Source: Dimorphilus gyrociliatus (Eukaryota; Animalia; Annelida). From it: 64,000 nucleotides of DNA. The position numbers were made by a program, and so were the translations under genes. Shown here in pieces: positions 38,541-50,017 of the stretch (within the stretch, counting starts at the first letter, position 1; every line of letters begins with the position of its first letter). The notes under the pieces were generated by a model that saw only the letters and a program-made list of their open reading frames with translations, had not been told where the DNA came from and did no database searches. Where the stretch lies: assembly GCA_904063045.1 (NCBI GenBank), contig CAJFCJ010000004.1:1-64000 (forward strand), written 5' to 3'.

Positions 38541-39420
38541 AACTGAAAACAAGAAAAAAACTGTTTGTTTTATTGTTTAGAAAATTGGAAAAAAAAACTT
38601 GTTTCTATTTATGTTACTTTTTAAAGTGGATAGCGTTTTGTTTACCTAGTTAATTTATAAAGAAAAAGGAACAATTATATATAAAAACACAATCAGTTCA
38701 AATTTTTCTCTCTCTTTTTTTTTCAATGTTCAAAAAGTGTTGAAATTATTTTTTTTAAAAAAAAAACAAATAACGAAATAAAAAAAATTGTTTACACAAG
38801 AAATTCTTTTATACATTTATAAAATCTTTATGTAAATTAGTTGACTTGTTTTATAATTGACAGTTTCTGCATAAAATGTATTATTATTCTATCGTATTGT
38901 ACTAGTAGAGATTTTTTTTGAAATTTAAATACCTTTATATATTTTAACAAAAGTATATATTAAAGAGATCGGTTCTATTGTATATATTTAAAAGCTTGAA
39001 TCTATTCATAGTTTATATTATATTTATTTCTGGCGCAACAGAATAACAAAAACATCGTTCTGTCTGTTTGATTTTACTATTTGAATGATACGTTTGCAGC
39101 TTTTGAAAGCTACTACATTAAATATATCTATACCTATACCTTATACTGTATACTAGTCTAAATACAGTATGGAGATTTTTTTTACCAATGGTATAGAATT
39201 ACTCTGCGTATCTCTTTCAATACAAAAAAAAAGTGTTAAATATAGTTTATATGGTGTAGTGAACATCATATAATAAATATACGTTTAGGTTAAAATTTCT
39301 GTTGTAGTTGTTTTTTTAGTACTCAAATATTTTCCTCTTTTTGTTAAATTGGTTTATATAAAAATTACATAAGATTTTTTGTTAATTAACACACCAAAGG
39401 ATAAGATATTCTTCAAGTAA

Positions 39421-41069
39421 ATGGCTCAGATTTGCAGGCATATTATCAGGAAATGTGTTATCATTACATTGGTTTTATTTAGTGTTTTTCTTTACGTTAT
39501 CGCTACTCATCATAGTTATTTAAAAGTATCTATCTTAGAAGAAACCGGAAATACTACTGAATATTCACTTCCTAAAGATTTTAACTCTTTAACGCGTAAG
39601 TAATTTATCCTGTTAATATTGTAATTGTGTACTAAATATTGAAATTTTTAGGTAAACTACTATGGGGGGCATTGTATTTTCTTAATGCCGTTATGTACTC
39701 CTTACATATTACCTTTGCCTTCTTTTATATTGTTATTTCATGTAATTCAGCCTATAAGAAAAGGGGTGAAAAATACTTTCATAGGTTTATTATAGCTACT
39801 TTTGTTACTACGACGCTACAATGGTTGGTATTTGTGTTAGAGTATTATCAATTCTATCATAAGCATATTACGAAAAAAACAAAATATCTGGTTAAATTTC
39901 AAAGTGGCTTCTTTCTCACTCTAACTTCCTACGGATTAACTCTAATGCTGGTAATTGTTGGTATAGAATCTAATATTCGTTGGAAGAATATAATTGGACG
40001 TTTTAAAGTAATGTCATTAAAGTTTCCTCCTTCACCTCATATACCTCCCGAAGCTGTTTCTGGTTCACCTCCGAGAAACGTACCTAAAAATCTCGTATTG
40101 AACTTTTATAAATGGAGTTGGAAAGTTGAGAAGGGAAAAATAAATAGGGTAAACTTTAAACCGTATTATAAAAATTACCTGAGAATGTCAAAGAAGACAC
40201 CTACATTCTATAGTCTTACTCCCAATATATCATACGATAGAATGTTTCTATATAGTCAATCAAAGCAAATGAACTATTATCATTTTAATGAATGCACATG
40301 TACAAAACAGTATTATTCCTGCTGTTCATACAAAAAATGCAATTGGAAAAAACTCGAAATTCAAATAGGCATTGAGCGATTACATGGAAATAATAATAAC
40401 AACTTTCATGAGGATAACTCTTATATTAAGGTTACAGATATTGCCTTTCTGAACAAACTAGAATTTACAATACTCACTTCATTTAGTTTGCCTGAAAATT
40501 CGGATTGGAATCTCATTAACTTCCTTCAACAACAGCACGAATTTAATGGGAAATTTTCAGAAATCTATATCCCGCTGGTTGAAAGTCTAATCATAAAAAA
40601 CAATGGTATAAGCCTTGTTAATTCTTTGTTGAAACAACTGATTAATCCTCAGCATAGACAAATGATAGTATCTCTTGTTGTTGATGAAATTTTCAAGATA
40701 TGGCCTCCTCCTTTAAAATTTCTTAGTTTATTACAATCGAGATATTATATAAAGGAACAGAAAAAATTATCGAATTTTAGAAATATACCTCCAGCTATTG
40801 AGAAACTTGTCTCGAATCCTTATGATAATACTGATGTATTTAATATATTTGATTTTTTGAATCTTACATACATGAATTATTGGACAGAAAAAGAGTTAAG
40901 ATTTGGAATATTTGAAGAATTACCGATAAAAAGCTATAAATTAAATATCTTAGAATTAAATAATGATTCACAAACTGTACAAACTATTGAATTTTCAACA
41001 AGTAGTTCGGATAACAAAGTAACTTATACCACTCACCAAGAAACGCTTGAAAAAGACTCGCACGTATAA
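39421..41069 (+). CDS. A16 paralog, ~530 aa; exons 39421-39595, 39652-41069
   Basis: Donor GTAAGT 39596; acceptor TTTTTAG 39651. Motifs HFNECTC, CNW, WPPPLKFLSLLQSR, IPPAIEKLV; extended tail ending DSHV. Confidence 0.9.
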
Positions 41070-41605
41070 ATTTTTACATCGTTGTTGATTATCTAATGAA
41101 TATTTAAAATTTGTAAAAATTACCTCAATTTGTGTTTGTCATTTGTTAAATTTATGATTAATATATAAACTTTAAAGGTTGTTTTTTTTTTAAATTCAAC
41201 TATTGTATAAAAACTTATTAAAACAATAAGTTACATTATTATTTCAACGGTATACATCTATAATTGAGTTGATAGACTCTTTTTCACAAAAGTTTGTAAT
41301 TGATTACTCAGCATTTTTCTCTTTTCTTTCTGTTATATTTTTATTGCTTTTGTATATATTAAAAAAAAAATACGAAAACATAATGCTCCTAAATAAATAA
41401 TAGGTTTAATTGGGTAACATACATGACTCCTTTGTACTCAAATATACATTCACTTCTATTCGATACTTTGATAGCTACCTGAACATGACCTTGAATGAAT
41501 GGGATAAATCGTTAAAGAAACAGATAAGAGCGTAGTTTTTGGAATATTACCTTGGACAGTTGCTTTCGAAACATTCATAAATATTCTGACTGTGTAGTGT
41601 TCAAT

Positions 41606-43156
41606 ATGTTGCGTAAAATCTTACTCTTCCTGAAAAAAAATGATCATTTTGTATGGATGTCAATTTTAATTCTGTTAGCAGTCATTCTAAATTTGAAAAC
41701 AGCACAATTTCAATTCTTTCATACTTCATTTAAAGAAAATCAAACAGGTAAATATCTTTTTCTCTATAATTATATAAGAATTGTATCATTCTTTTTACTA
41801 AAACATAAGATACACCAATCAATCCTTTTCTATGTTTGTTTTTCTTGTTTCTTAACAGAAATAATTCATCTGTTACTATCGTCGTTAAGATGTTGCGGAA
41901 CAGTAGTAATGCTACTTTCATATCCATTGGGAGATCGAATCAGGATGACTCAAAAGTTTACTCTCATCTGTTTCATTATTATACTCTGTTTATCGATTAT
42001 AGAAATTCCGTTTCTTGTTAAGATGAATAACAACAAGCATTCAAATTTTAACTCGGAATATCTCACTGATATTATATGCCACATTCTAAATGTTGCTATT
42101 ATCCTTCTCTCAATTTTTATATTGGTTTTAAAGATGTTTAATATAAAATTAACGGATTTTTTCTGCATCTATAAACTTTATCATTGGAAATCGGAAAACA
42201 ATTTTATCTTACAGCCTGAAGCCTTTGTTCGTCATTATCCGTCAAATATTTGCTTGGGGATGAAGGTTAATTACAGAGTTTACAGGTTAAAAGGAAGTCA
42301 TGGGAAAATGCGGTATCATCATTCTCATCCATCGCTATATTCTGATGAAGAATCATCTTGGAAAGAATTTATGTCAGACCCGGTTTTTCAAACAGATTCA
42401 AAGATAAGATGCCAACCAAATAGTAGATATCACGGGGCAAATAAAAAATTTATAAGATCATACATGAATACTTGTCATAATCAAGAGTGCAGAAACAATA
42501 AAATTATTCATACTCAGAAAGAGTGTAACTGGAAGAAAATGGATATTGAAATTGATTTTGAAATACTCAGAAATAACAATAATGACGACAGAAAGAAATA
42601 TATCGATTATTTTAATTTAGTATTCCTACATAAACTTGGATATTCATTCTTATCCACATCGAACTATGAGAATTATCCAACTTTTACAATACTTGACTAT
42701 CTGAAAATGCAAACTAACTTTAATTTTATCTTTGAAAATTTATACGTTTTTATTATCGAAAGTTTAATTATAAGAGAGCCCAGTCAACGTATGATTCAAC
42801 TACTTTTAGATAAATTAGATAACCCTTGGCATATAGAAGCAGTTGTAGTTTACCTGTACGGGAAACTATTTAAACAATGGCCGTTTCCTTTATGGTTCTC
42901 AAGTTTACTTGTAATAAGGTCTTATCTACGCAAGGGAATGAAAATGGACACATTGTCGTTAGCTCCACTTTCAATTCAAAAGTTTATCTCGGATCCAACA
43001 TCAAGAATAAGTAATATTATGAACTTTAGATATATAGAATATTTTACTAATGATCATCTAAAATATGGTTTATTCGAAAGTCTCAATATCATTGATGGAA
43101 AACTAGAAAAAGTTTGTACAACAAAAACGGCTACCACTTTAGATTCAGCTGTATAA
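41606..43156 (+). CDS. A17 paralog, ~479 aa; exons 41606-41747, 41859-43156 (111-nt in-frame stop-free intron)
   Basis: Donor GTAAAT 41748; polypyrimidine + CAG 41858. Motifs HNQECR, CNW, ESLIIRE, WPFPLWFSSLLVIR, APLSIQKFI; ends DSAV. Confidence 0.85.
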   Translation: MLRKILLFLKKNDHFVWMSILILLAVILNLKTAQFQFFHTSFKENQTGKYLFLYNYIRIVSFFLLKHKIHQSILFYVCFSCFLTEIIHLLLSSLRCCGTVVMLLSYPLGDRIRMTQKFTLICFIIILCLSIIEIPFLVKMNNNKHSNFNSEYLTDIICHILNVAIILLSIFILVLKMFNIKLTDFFCIYKLYHWKSENNFILQPEAFVRHYPSNICLGMKVNYRVYRLKGSHGKMRYHHSHPSLYSDEESSWKEFMSDPVFQTDSKIRCQPNSRYHGANKKFIRSYMNTCHNQECRNNKIIHTQKECNWKKMDIEIDFEILRNNNNDDRKKYIDYFNLVFLHKLGYSFLSTSNYENYPTFTILDYLKMQTNFNFIFENLYVFIIESLIIREPSQRMIQLLLDKLDNPWHIEAVVVYLYGKLFKQWPFPLWFSSLLVIRSYLRKGMKMDTLSLAPLSIQKFISDPTSRISNIMNFRYIEYFTNDHLKYGLFESLNIIDGKLEKVCTTKTATTLDSAV

Positions 43157-44900
43157 TCTTTCTTAGTAGATATAAATTATATATATATATATATACGAAT
43201 ATGTGAAAAATAAACAACATTGTAATAATATATTATTTACTATTTAAGTGAATTAAAAAAACAAATCATCCTATTTTCTTTATAGTATTAACTGCAGATT
43301 ATCTTTACTATGGTAAATGAATAATCATTTCTTTCAGAATGATTTAATAGACTTTTCTTATCTATCTTCATTTAAATCTAGAAAAGTAAGATTGATTATC
43401 TTATTATTGCTTTTATTATTCATTTTTCCTTTCCTCTTAAACGCCTTCTTGATCGATAATCCATCAAGAATATTTATTTGATTGTCTTATCAAAATAAAA
43501 TCAAAGTCACTTTAATTAATTAAACTTTACGTTTTCATCTTTTAATTAAATATACATTACTTATTTATTATTTCTAATAAGTAAGCAATTAGACTTTTTC
43601 TCTTTTATTTAATATAGTAAAGCATATATTTTGATGAATACGCCATCTATTGATTAAAATTGGAAATATTTTATAGAAGAACAAAAAAATATCTTTTCAG
43701 ATATTACAATTCAAAAAAGAAATCAGAGAGAAAATTAGTTTCTTTTTAAAAAAAAAAGATGTTTTTTTATCTAATTGAAGCTCAATTTAGTATGGATAAA
43801 TTTAGCACTATAATTGCGGGATATAAATGGAAGACACTATATATAATAAACACATAAGGAAGATAGAGCATGGAATCACACATCTTATATATTTATATAT
43901 TTTTGGTATACATTTACAATACGTAACATATTAATTCTGATAACCTAAAATAACAATTATCCCTTTTCGAATTAAGCTTAAAGCATAATAAGTTTTAATT
44001 CTATCTCTCTTTTTTCTCTTTCTCTCTCTCTCTCTGTCTCTCTCTCTTTTTATCTTTATAACTTACAGATGAAATGCTGCTTCACATGGTATAGAATTTT
44101 TTTTACCCAAGAGCATTAAATGTTTTATTATAGTTTATTTTAAAGAGACAAAATATAAAGGTAATAATAAAGTATACTGTTTATCAATTCTCTAGAAACT
44201 CTTTTCATGCATCATTTTCAACGAATTGTAACAAGAAAAACCTCTATTTAGCATCTCATATATCATTCGAGAATATTTTTGAGAAACAATAAAGCTATTA
44301 TATAAAAATGTTAGAAAGAGGGAAACAAGAAGAAGAAGAAGAAGATGGGAAAGTAAGAGAAAGAGAGAGAGAAAGAGAATGGAAAGGGAGAAAATGAGAA
44401 GAGGTTGAGAAGGTTATTAATAAAATTCTTTTTTTAGCTGTTTCTGCCATGTATTATTGTAAATAATATTCCAAATATTTACATATAACACATAATACAA
44501 TATATTTCTTTAATATAGATTTTGTCTGAATTCTTTTTCCATTTGATTTTACATGAAATGTAAGGAAATTTTCAACAGAATTCGTGTTATTTATATTCCA
44601 TCATCTCCTTTATTGTATCTTCCTTAGCTTTATAATTAGTATATTTGTTACTATAAAAAGTAATTGTTTGTGTTAACATACACAATATATAAAATATATA
44701 TTATTATATATTTTGTACATATTCTAAATGTATAGGTGTCAATACAAGTATCTATATTAAACTATGACCTGTATGCAGTATATTTTTAATTTGTATGCAT
44801 ATTTTTTAGTATTAAAAGGAGGGCAGTAATTTAAATTATTATATATTATTGCTATTTAATTGATAATACTCGCTTGGATGCACAGAATTATATTTATGTA

Positions 44901-46489
44901 TTATAATTCTATACATTCGAATATTCCGAATCTTAACGGCTTATAAGTCCATTCATAGACGTGCCATAAGCTCAGTGTTGAGAAGATGTCGAAAATTTCA
45001 GAATTATTATACGGATCGGCGACGAACAATTGAATCATTTCCGGTATATGTCCATTAGTAGAAATGCTCTCTAAAGAGCCACCGTATCTTAAAAACCGCC
45101 TACACCGTTGTAGGCTTAAATACCATAGAGGGGGTGGCCACTCTTTAAATATTAGACAAGTAACGCACTCCCTAACCATTTTTCTATGCTGTTTGTCCTC
45201 CAATTTAGCGAGTAGTACATTTACCAGGAATAGACCATTATCCCTGATAATTAAACTTTCTACGATGTAGACGTACATTGCTTTAAATCTTGATCGAAAG
45301 TCTTTCTGCTTTTGCAAATAGTCAATAAGTGTCATATTTATATTTTTTGGATAGTTAAAGGGTGTAAGAAAGGTAAAACCAAATTTATTCATAAACGTTA
45401 ATTCCAAGGCACTCCAGCGGCTTGTATGAGTAGCTCGAGAGTTTGACGTACAGAAATCTACTTGAATCTCCAATTTCTTCCAAGAGCAATTTCTTCTATC
45501 GGAACTAGAGAAAAATTGCCAAGAACAGTTACACTCTCTAGAATGTATGTCGCACAGAAGAGACAATTGTCTATGTCGGCAAATCTCTCTATACTCTCCG
45601 CAAAGACAGACACTAAATATAGTTGTGTCAACTGAGGTTTTTAATTCTGCAAAACTATCGTACAGTTGATAAGGGAGATCTTCGTTGGAACTACTTAAGG
45701 CGTCTAAAAAACGATTTGTATCGAAGAAAGTCCAACCCAATCTGCTAGACTTTTTGTCCCATTTATAACGTATAAATTTCACTTTTAAATCTGTTGATAC
45801 AATTTCAGGTACGAATTGATGGACAATAGCCTTTCTAGGATAATTAAAAACGGAAAAAGCAGCTAAAGCTGTTGCTCTTTTCGAGTCTCTGAGTAATGCT
45901 ATTAAAAGTGACTTCTTTTTGGAATGTAGTACCGCCAAAAGAAAGGACAATGCAGATGACATGAGGGCTAATGAAAAGCCAAATTGTAAAACAACGTTTG
46001 ATCGGCCACGCTTTACAGCCATTCTATCCCAAAAATATACTGCGGCTTCGATTAAACTCGATAGCCATATCATTGCTGTCGATAAACAGCAAACTCCATA
46101 TATTATTACGCAACATCTCTTTATTCTTTTGCAGTTTGAGGAAGAGCATTGTTCTAAGATAAAAGTTAGAGTTGTCATTAAACCGCCAACAATTATTAAA
46201 CCGAAATTTCCAACTAATAAATCACGTGACAATCTTCTCCACACTACGTAAATAGCAAGAATTTATTATAGAATAAGAGGAAATAAAAAAAACTCTTACG
46301 GGTAAGATTCGTCCAATTACCGTTTGAAAATCCAATGTATATTGTTTTCTCTTTGATATTGGAAGTTGGATCAGGGTTAACAGTTATCCAATAAGGATGG
46401 GATAATGATTTCAAATGAATCAAGGGATTTAGAAAAGCAATGATGAATATAACAAAATTTACCAAGAATGAATAACAGCAAGGTGACAT
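44901..46489 (-). CDS. A18 paralog, ~510 aa, the most claudin-like N-terminus; exons 46489-46300, 46243-44901
   Basis: Donor GTAAGA 46299; acceptor GTAG 46244. Motifs YWI, FGFSLALMSSALSFLL, HSRECNC, CSW, WPPPLWYLSLQRCR, IPEMIQLFV. Confidence 0.9.
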
Positions 46490-46490
46490 T

Positions 46491-46493
<3 letters not shown>

Positions 46494-46544
<51 letters not shown>

Positions 46545-46545
46545 T
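46494..46545. repeat. (AT)n microsatellite immediately upstream of the A18 start
   Basis: Read directly from the sequence. Confidence 0.95.
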
Positions 46546-46729
46546 TATATACTATATATTTATATATACATATATATAATACTCTATATAGAGTGCTTTG
46601 AAAAAAATTAATCAATATCTAGAGTAATTATATAGAAGATAATTCCCAGGCTCAGTTTAGGGTCAGATAAAAAGGAAGAACAAATTTTGGAGATAAAAAA
46701 CATCGAGTTCTTTCTTATTTATAAAACAA

Positions 46730-47930
46730 ATACTATACGGAAGAAGTAGAGGAGAAAATCTCAATAAATCGATGTAGATACAGCAGTGAACGATTTTGTT
46801 CGCAGAGTGAAGAATACGATGTGCCACTGACGAACCATATTAGAACGTTAAAAAATTTTCTATGCGCAAGAGGAAACCAGTCGACTTTTACAACAAGACG
46901 GTTATTGGACAGTTCTTAAACTTATAATAATTTTTTTAAAAAGCATCTCTCCTACTGGTTACCATATATTGAGGGATCACGGCTCCTCTTTTCCAATCGA
47001 TTATAATTTCACGTCGAAACAAACCAAGTGCCAGTCCAATATTTTGGGGAATTCACATCATCAACTCTACATTTATCTTCTTACAGTTGTTTAAGGGGAT
47101 CGTTATCGTATATCATATAACTGAAACTATGATCTATAATAATAGATTCTTGTATCATCTAAGTAGTCAATTTTTTATGTTCCTTCTTTAAATTCTTTGA
47201 TGTTTTATTCTAAAGATTGATAGTTAACAGTAAAGACATGCGCCTATTTGATCCACTGTATGATATATACAAAGTGTACTATGTGCATTATTACAACAAA
47301 GATTAAAGATATCAATTTTTAAATGGTTGTGACAATTTATTGATTTATTAAAAGAATTATTTTAAGCTAATGAAAAACAGCAAAATTCCCCTATCCCTCA
47401 AGGTCTATTGAAAAAGCTCTTGGGGCATATTCTACGGAACATCCATTTCCAGTCGCCAGCTTTGCAAATCTCTTAAAACATTTCAACAAAGACATAAAAT
47501 ATCTTTAGTTAAGAAAAATAGTCTATTGGATTTATCTAGTCCACGTAATCTTCCTTACAATCTCTTCATGACCTGTTTTTCAAATAAGATGCACATAACT
47601 TCCACAGGAGGAGAGCAAATGAAAAATCTACTATCCTTCTATCATTAAATTAAAACAAGCCATCATCAAATTGTAACTATATACATCATTCTTAAAAACT
47701 AGTTTTGATCTGAATTTTGGCTAATTAGACTAAATGGAATGTAGATTTATATATCTTAATAATAATAATAAACTGGCACTGGTACCATTGTAATACTGGA
47801 ATAATAGAAAGTAAGACAAACGAGAGAATAATATTTCGTTGATAAAAAGGAAACGTTTGGCTTTGTCTTGCTTTTTTGATATTTTATATATAAAAACTAG
47901 TTTATTTCTAAAGTGCTATATGTCATTTGA
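46730..47930. pseudogene. Coding-like but stop-interrupted segment; possible decayed membrane-protein gene
   Basis: Higher complexity than its flanks; hydrophobic fragments on both strands; no intact ORF and no unambiguous family motif. Confidence 0.2.
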
Positions 47931-50017
47931 ATGAATCAAATTTGTATACAGATTCCACGAATTCTGTATAATAGCTGTATTATTTATTCAACTCAGCTAA
48001 CAATCAAGTTTAAATTTCCAATAGAGAAAGAATTACAAAGTTTTTATTGTAAATAATAGAAAATTGTCTTGTAAAAATAAAGATATAATATCTTTAAATG
48101 TTAAATTTAACTATAATATATTTAATACAAAAATTCAATACTAAATATTCTTTTTTATTATCAACCATTTTTTTAAATTCTTCCTCAAATAAAACGTTCA
48201 AATAACGTTATAAGGTTGTAATTGCTTCCAATTGTGATTGCATATACTTTGTATTAGAGACGAAAAACCTATTTAAAAAGCCTAAAAAATTCTAAAACAA
48301 AATTGCTAAATCTGCATAATTCATTTTGTGAGATAGATGAGCATACAAATAAGCCAAGGGAATTAATCTTCAACTGATAAAAACCATATATATAGTATAT
48401 ATGTATATATTTTTTAATAAAATAAACTTGTTATCCTACACACTTTGATGATATTTTTCAAATTTTGCAGCATATTTTGCAGTAGAACAGAAAATCTTTT
48501 TATATAATGCATAGAAAATTTCTGCAAATCTCTATTAGTTTTTAATATTCTTATATAGTCTAACGAGAGTGTATTTACATATGACTAATTAACTTAAGCC
48601 CTTGTTTAGAGATTCTTTCTTCCAATCCCTAGTTAATATCTATACTCCTCTCTCCCTCTGTTTTTCTCTCTCCCTCTCTTTCTAACTCTCTCTCTCTTTT
48701 TTTTACTCAATATTTAAAAATTAGCTTTTATTATGGTATTTATTCCATAATAAAATCTTTACATTAAAGAAGTTAACTGGAGGAGAAATGCAATCGATTA
48801 ATTTCTCTTTTTAATTAGCGTCAAATGATATAAAAAGGGTTCTTCATTTTAAATAATTTGCTATAAACAAGTGTCCATTTTTTAGTCCCAATAGAACTCC
48901 CTTTTCATTTCAATTTAATAACAAAGCTTTTTAATTCGATAGCCATAGTCTATTCACCATCAGAGGGATTTTTGTTCCTCATATAACCTCGATAAAATTT
49001 TATAATTTATTAGATTTCTCTATCTTTTAATTGAGTTTTTAGCCAATTAAATACTTTTTTTAAGACTTCTTTATATATTTTATTTAATTATAAATAAATG
49101 ATGAAGAAAGTGGAGTTCAATGATAAATCTATGAGAATTTATTGAAAAGTCAAAACATCTTTGAAAGAGTATTTAAACATTAATTGAAATAAAACAAATC
49201 TTTATCAATCTAATATTCACCAGAACGAAAGAATAAGGTATGTTATCCTTTTAGCAGTTATTGAAAACTTCTCTTCCGACAAGATTATGAGATTCTTGCA
49301 TGTCATAGTCAATATTGCATTCTACGAAATAGAGAGTAAGGTTTATTTTCGAATTTATAGCTTTTTCGATTAAACAGCAACAAGATACATATTGCAATTT
49401 TTATCAACTATTATAAACTACATAAAGTGTGTTATTGACGCTTTATCTACTGCTTTAGCAGGTGATTTAATAATGACAATTACTATGTTGTTATTTTGAT
49501 ACTGGTTAAAACATCCCAATAGAAATAATGATGGAATAATTGATAGATTATCAATAATATAATCTTCAACATATAAATATTCATATATTCAAATTTTCAA
49601 CAACTCTTAGAATATTTTATATTTATGGAAAACGTTTAAAATATTGAAATTTAATGAATGATACTATGAGAAAATAATATAAAAAATACAATTAATATGT
49701 TAATTATTATATAATTTATAGTTTACAAATATAAGTATACAAAATACTGTTGAGAAGTTTGTTTATGTCCAAAAACTATGTTATACTTAAATATTATAAT
49801 TGTTATATTTCATATTTTTATACAATCAATCAACAAAAAATCTATTAAAGTTATGATGATTTTATAATTAAATTAGCATGTATATATATATATATATATA
49901 TAAATTTATACTGTATATATAAAAGAGAGAAAGAGAAAGCAAGAAAGAGAGAAAGAACATGGAAACATGTGGATTTTGTTCTCTTAAAAAAACGAAACCA
50001 TTTTTCGCTATTAAACT

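Noticed and set aside
706-46489. Reading the A family as GPCRs or ion channels
   Set aside because: Spliced models give four TM segments with claudin-like spacing; no 7TM pattern or pore motif is visible.
49200-49580. Weakly coding-looking stretch upstream of the Ig gene 3' end
   Set aside because: Multiple stops in every frame and no recognisable motif; cannot be supported as a gene or pseudogene.
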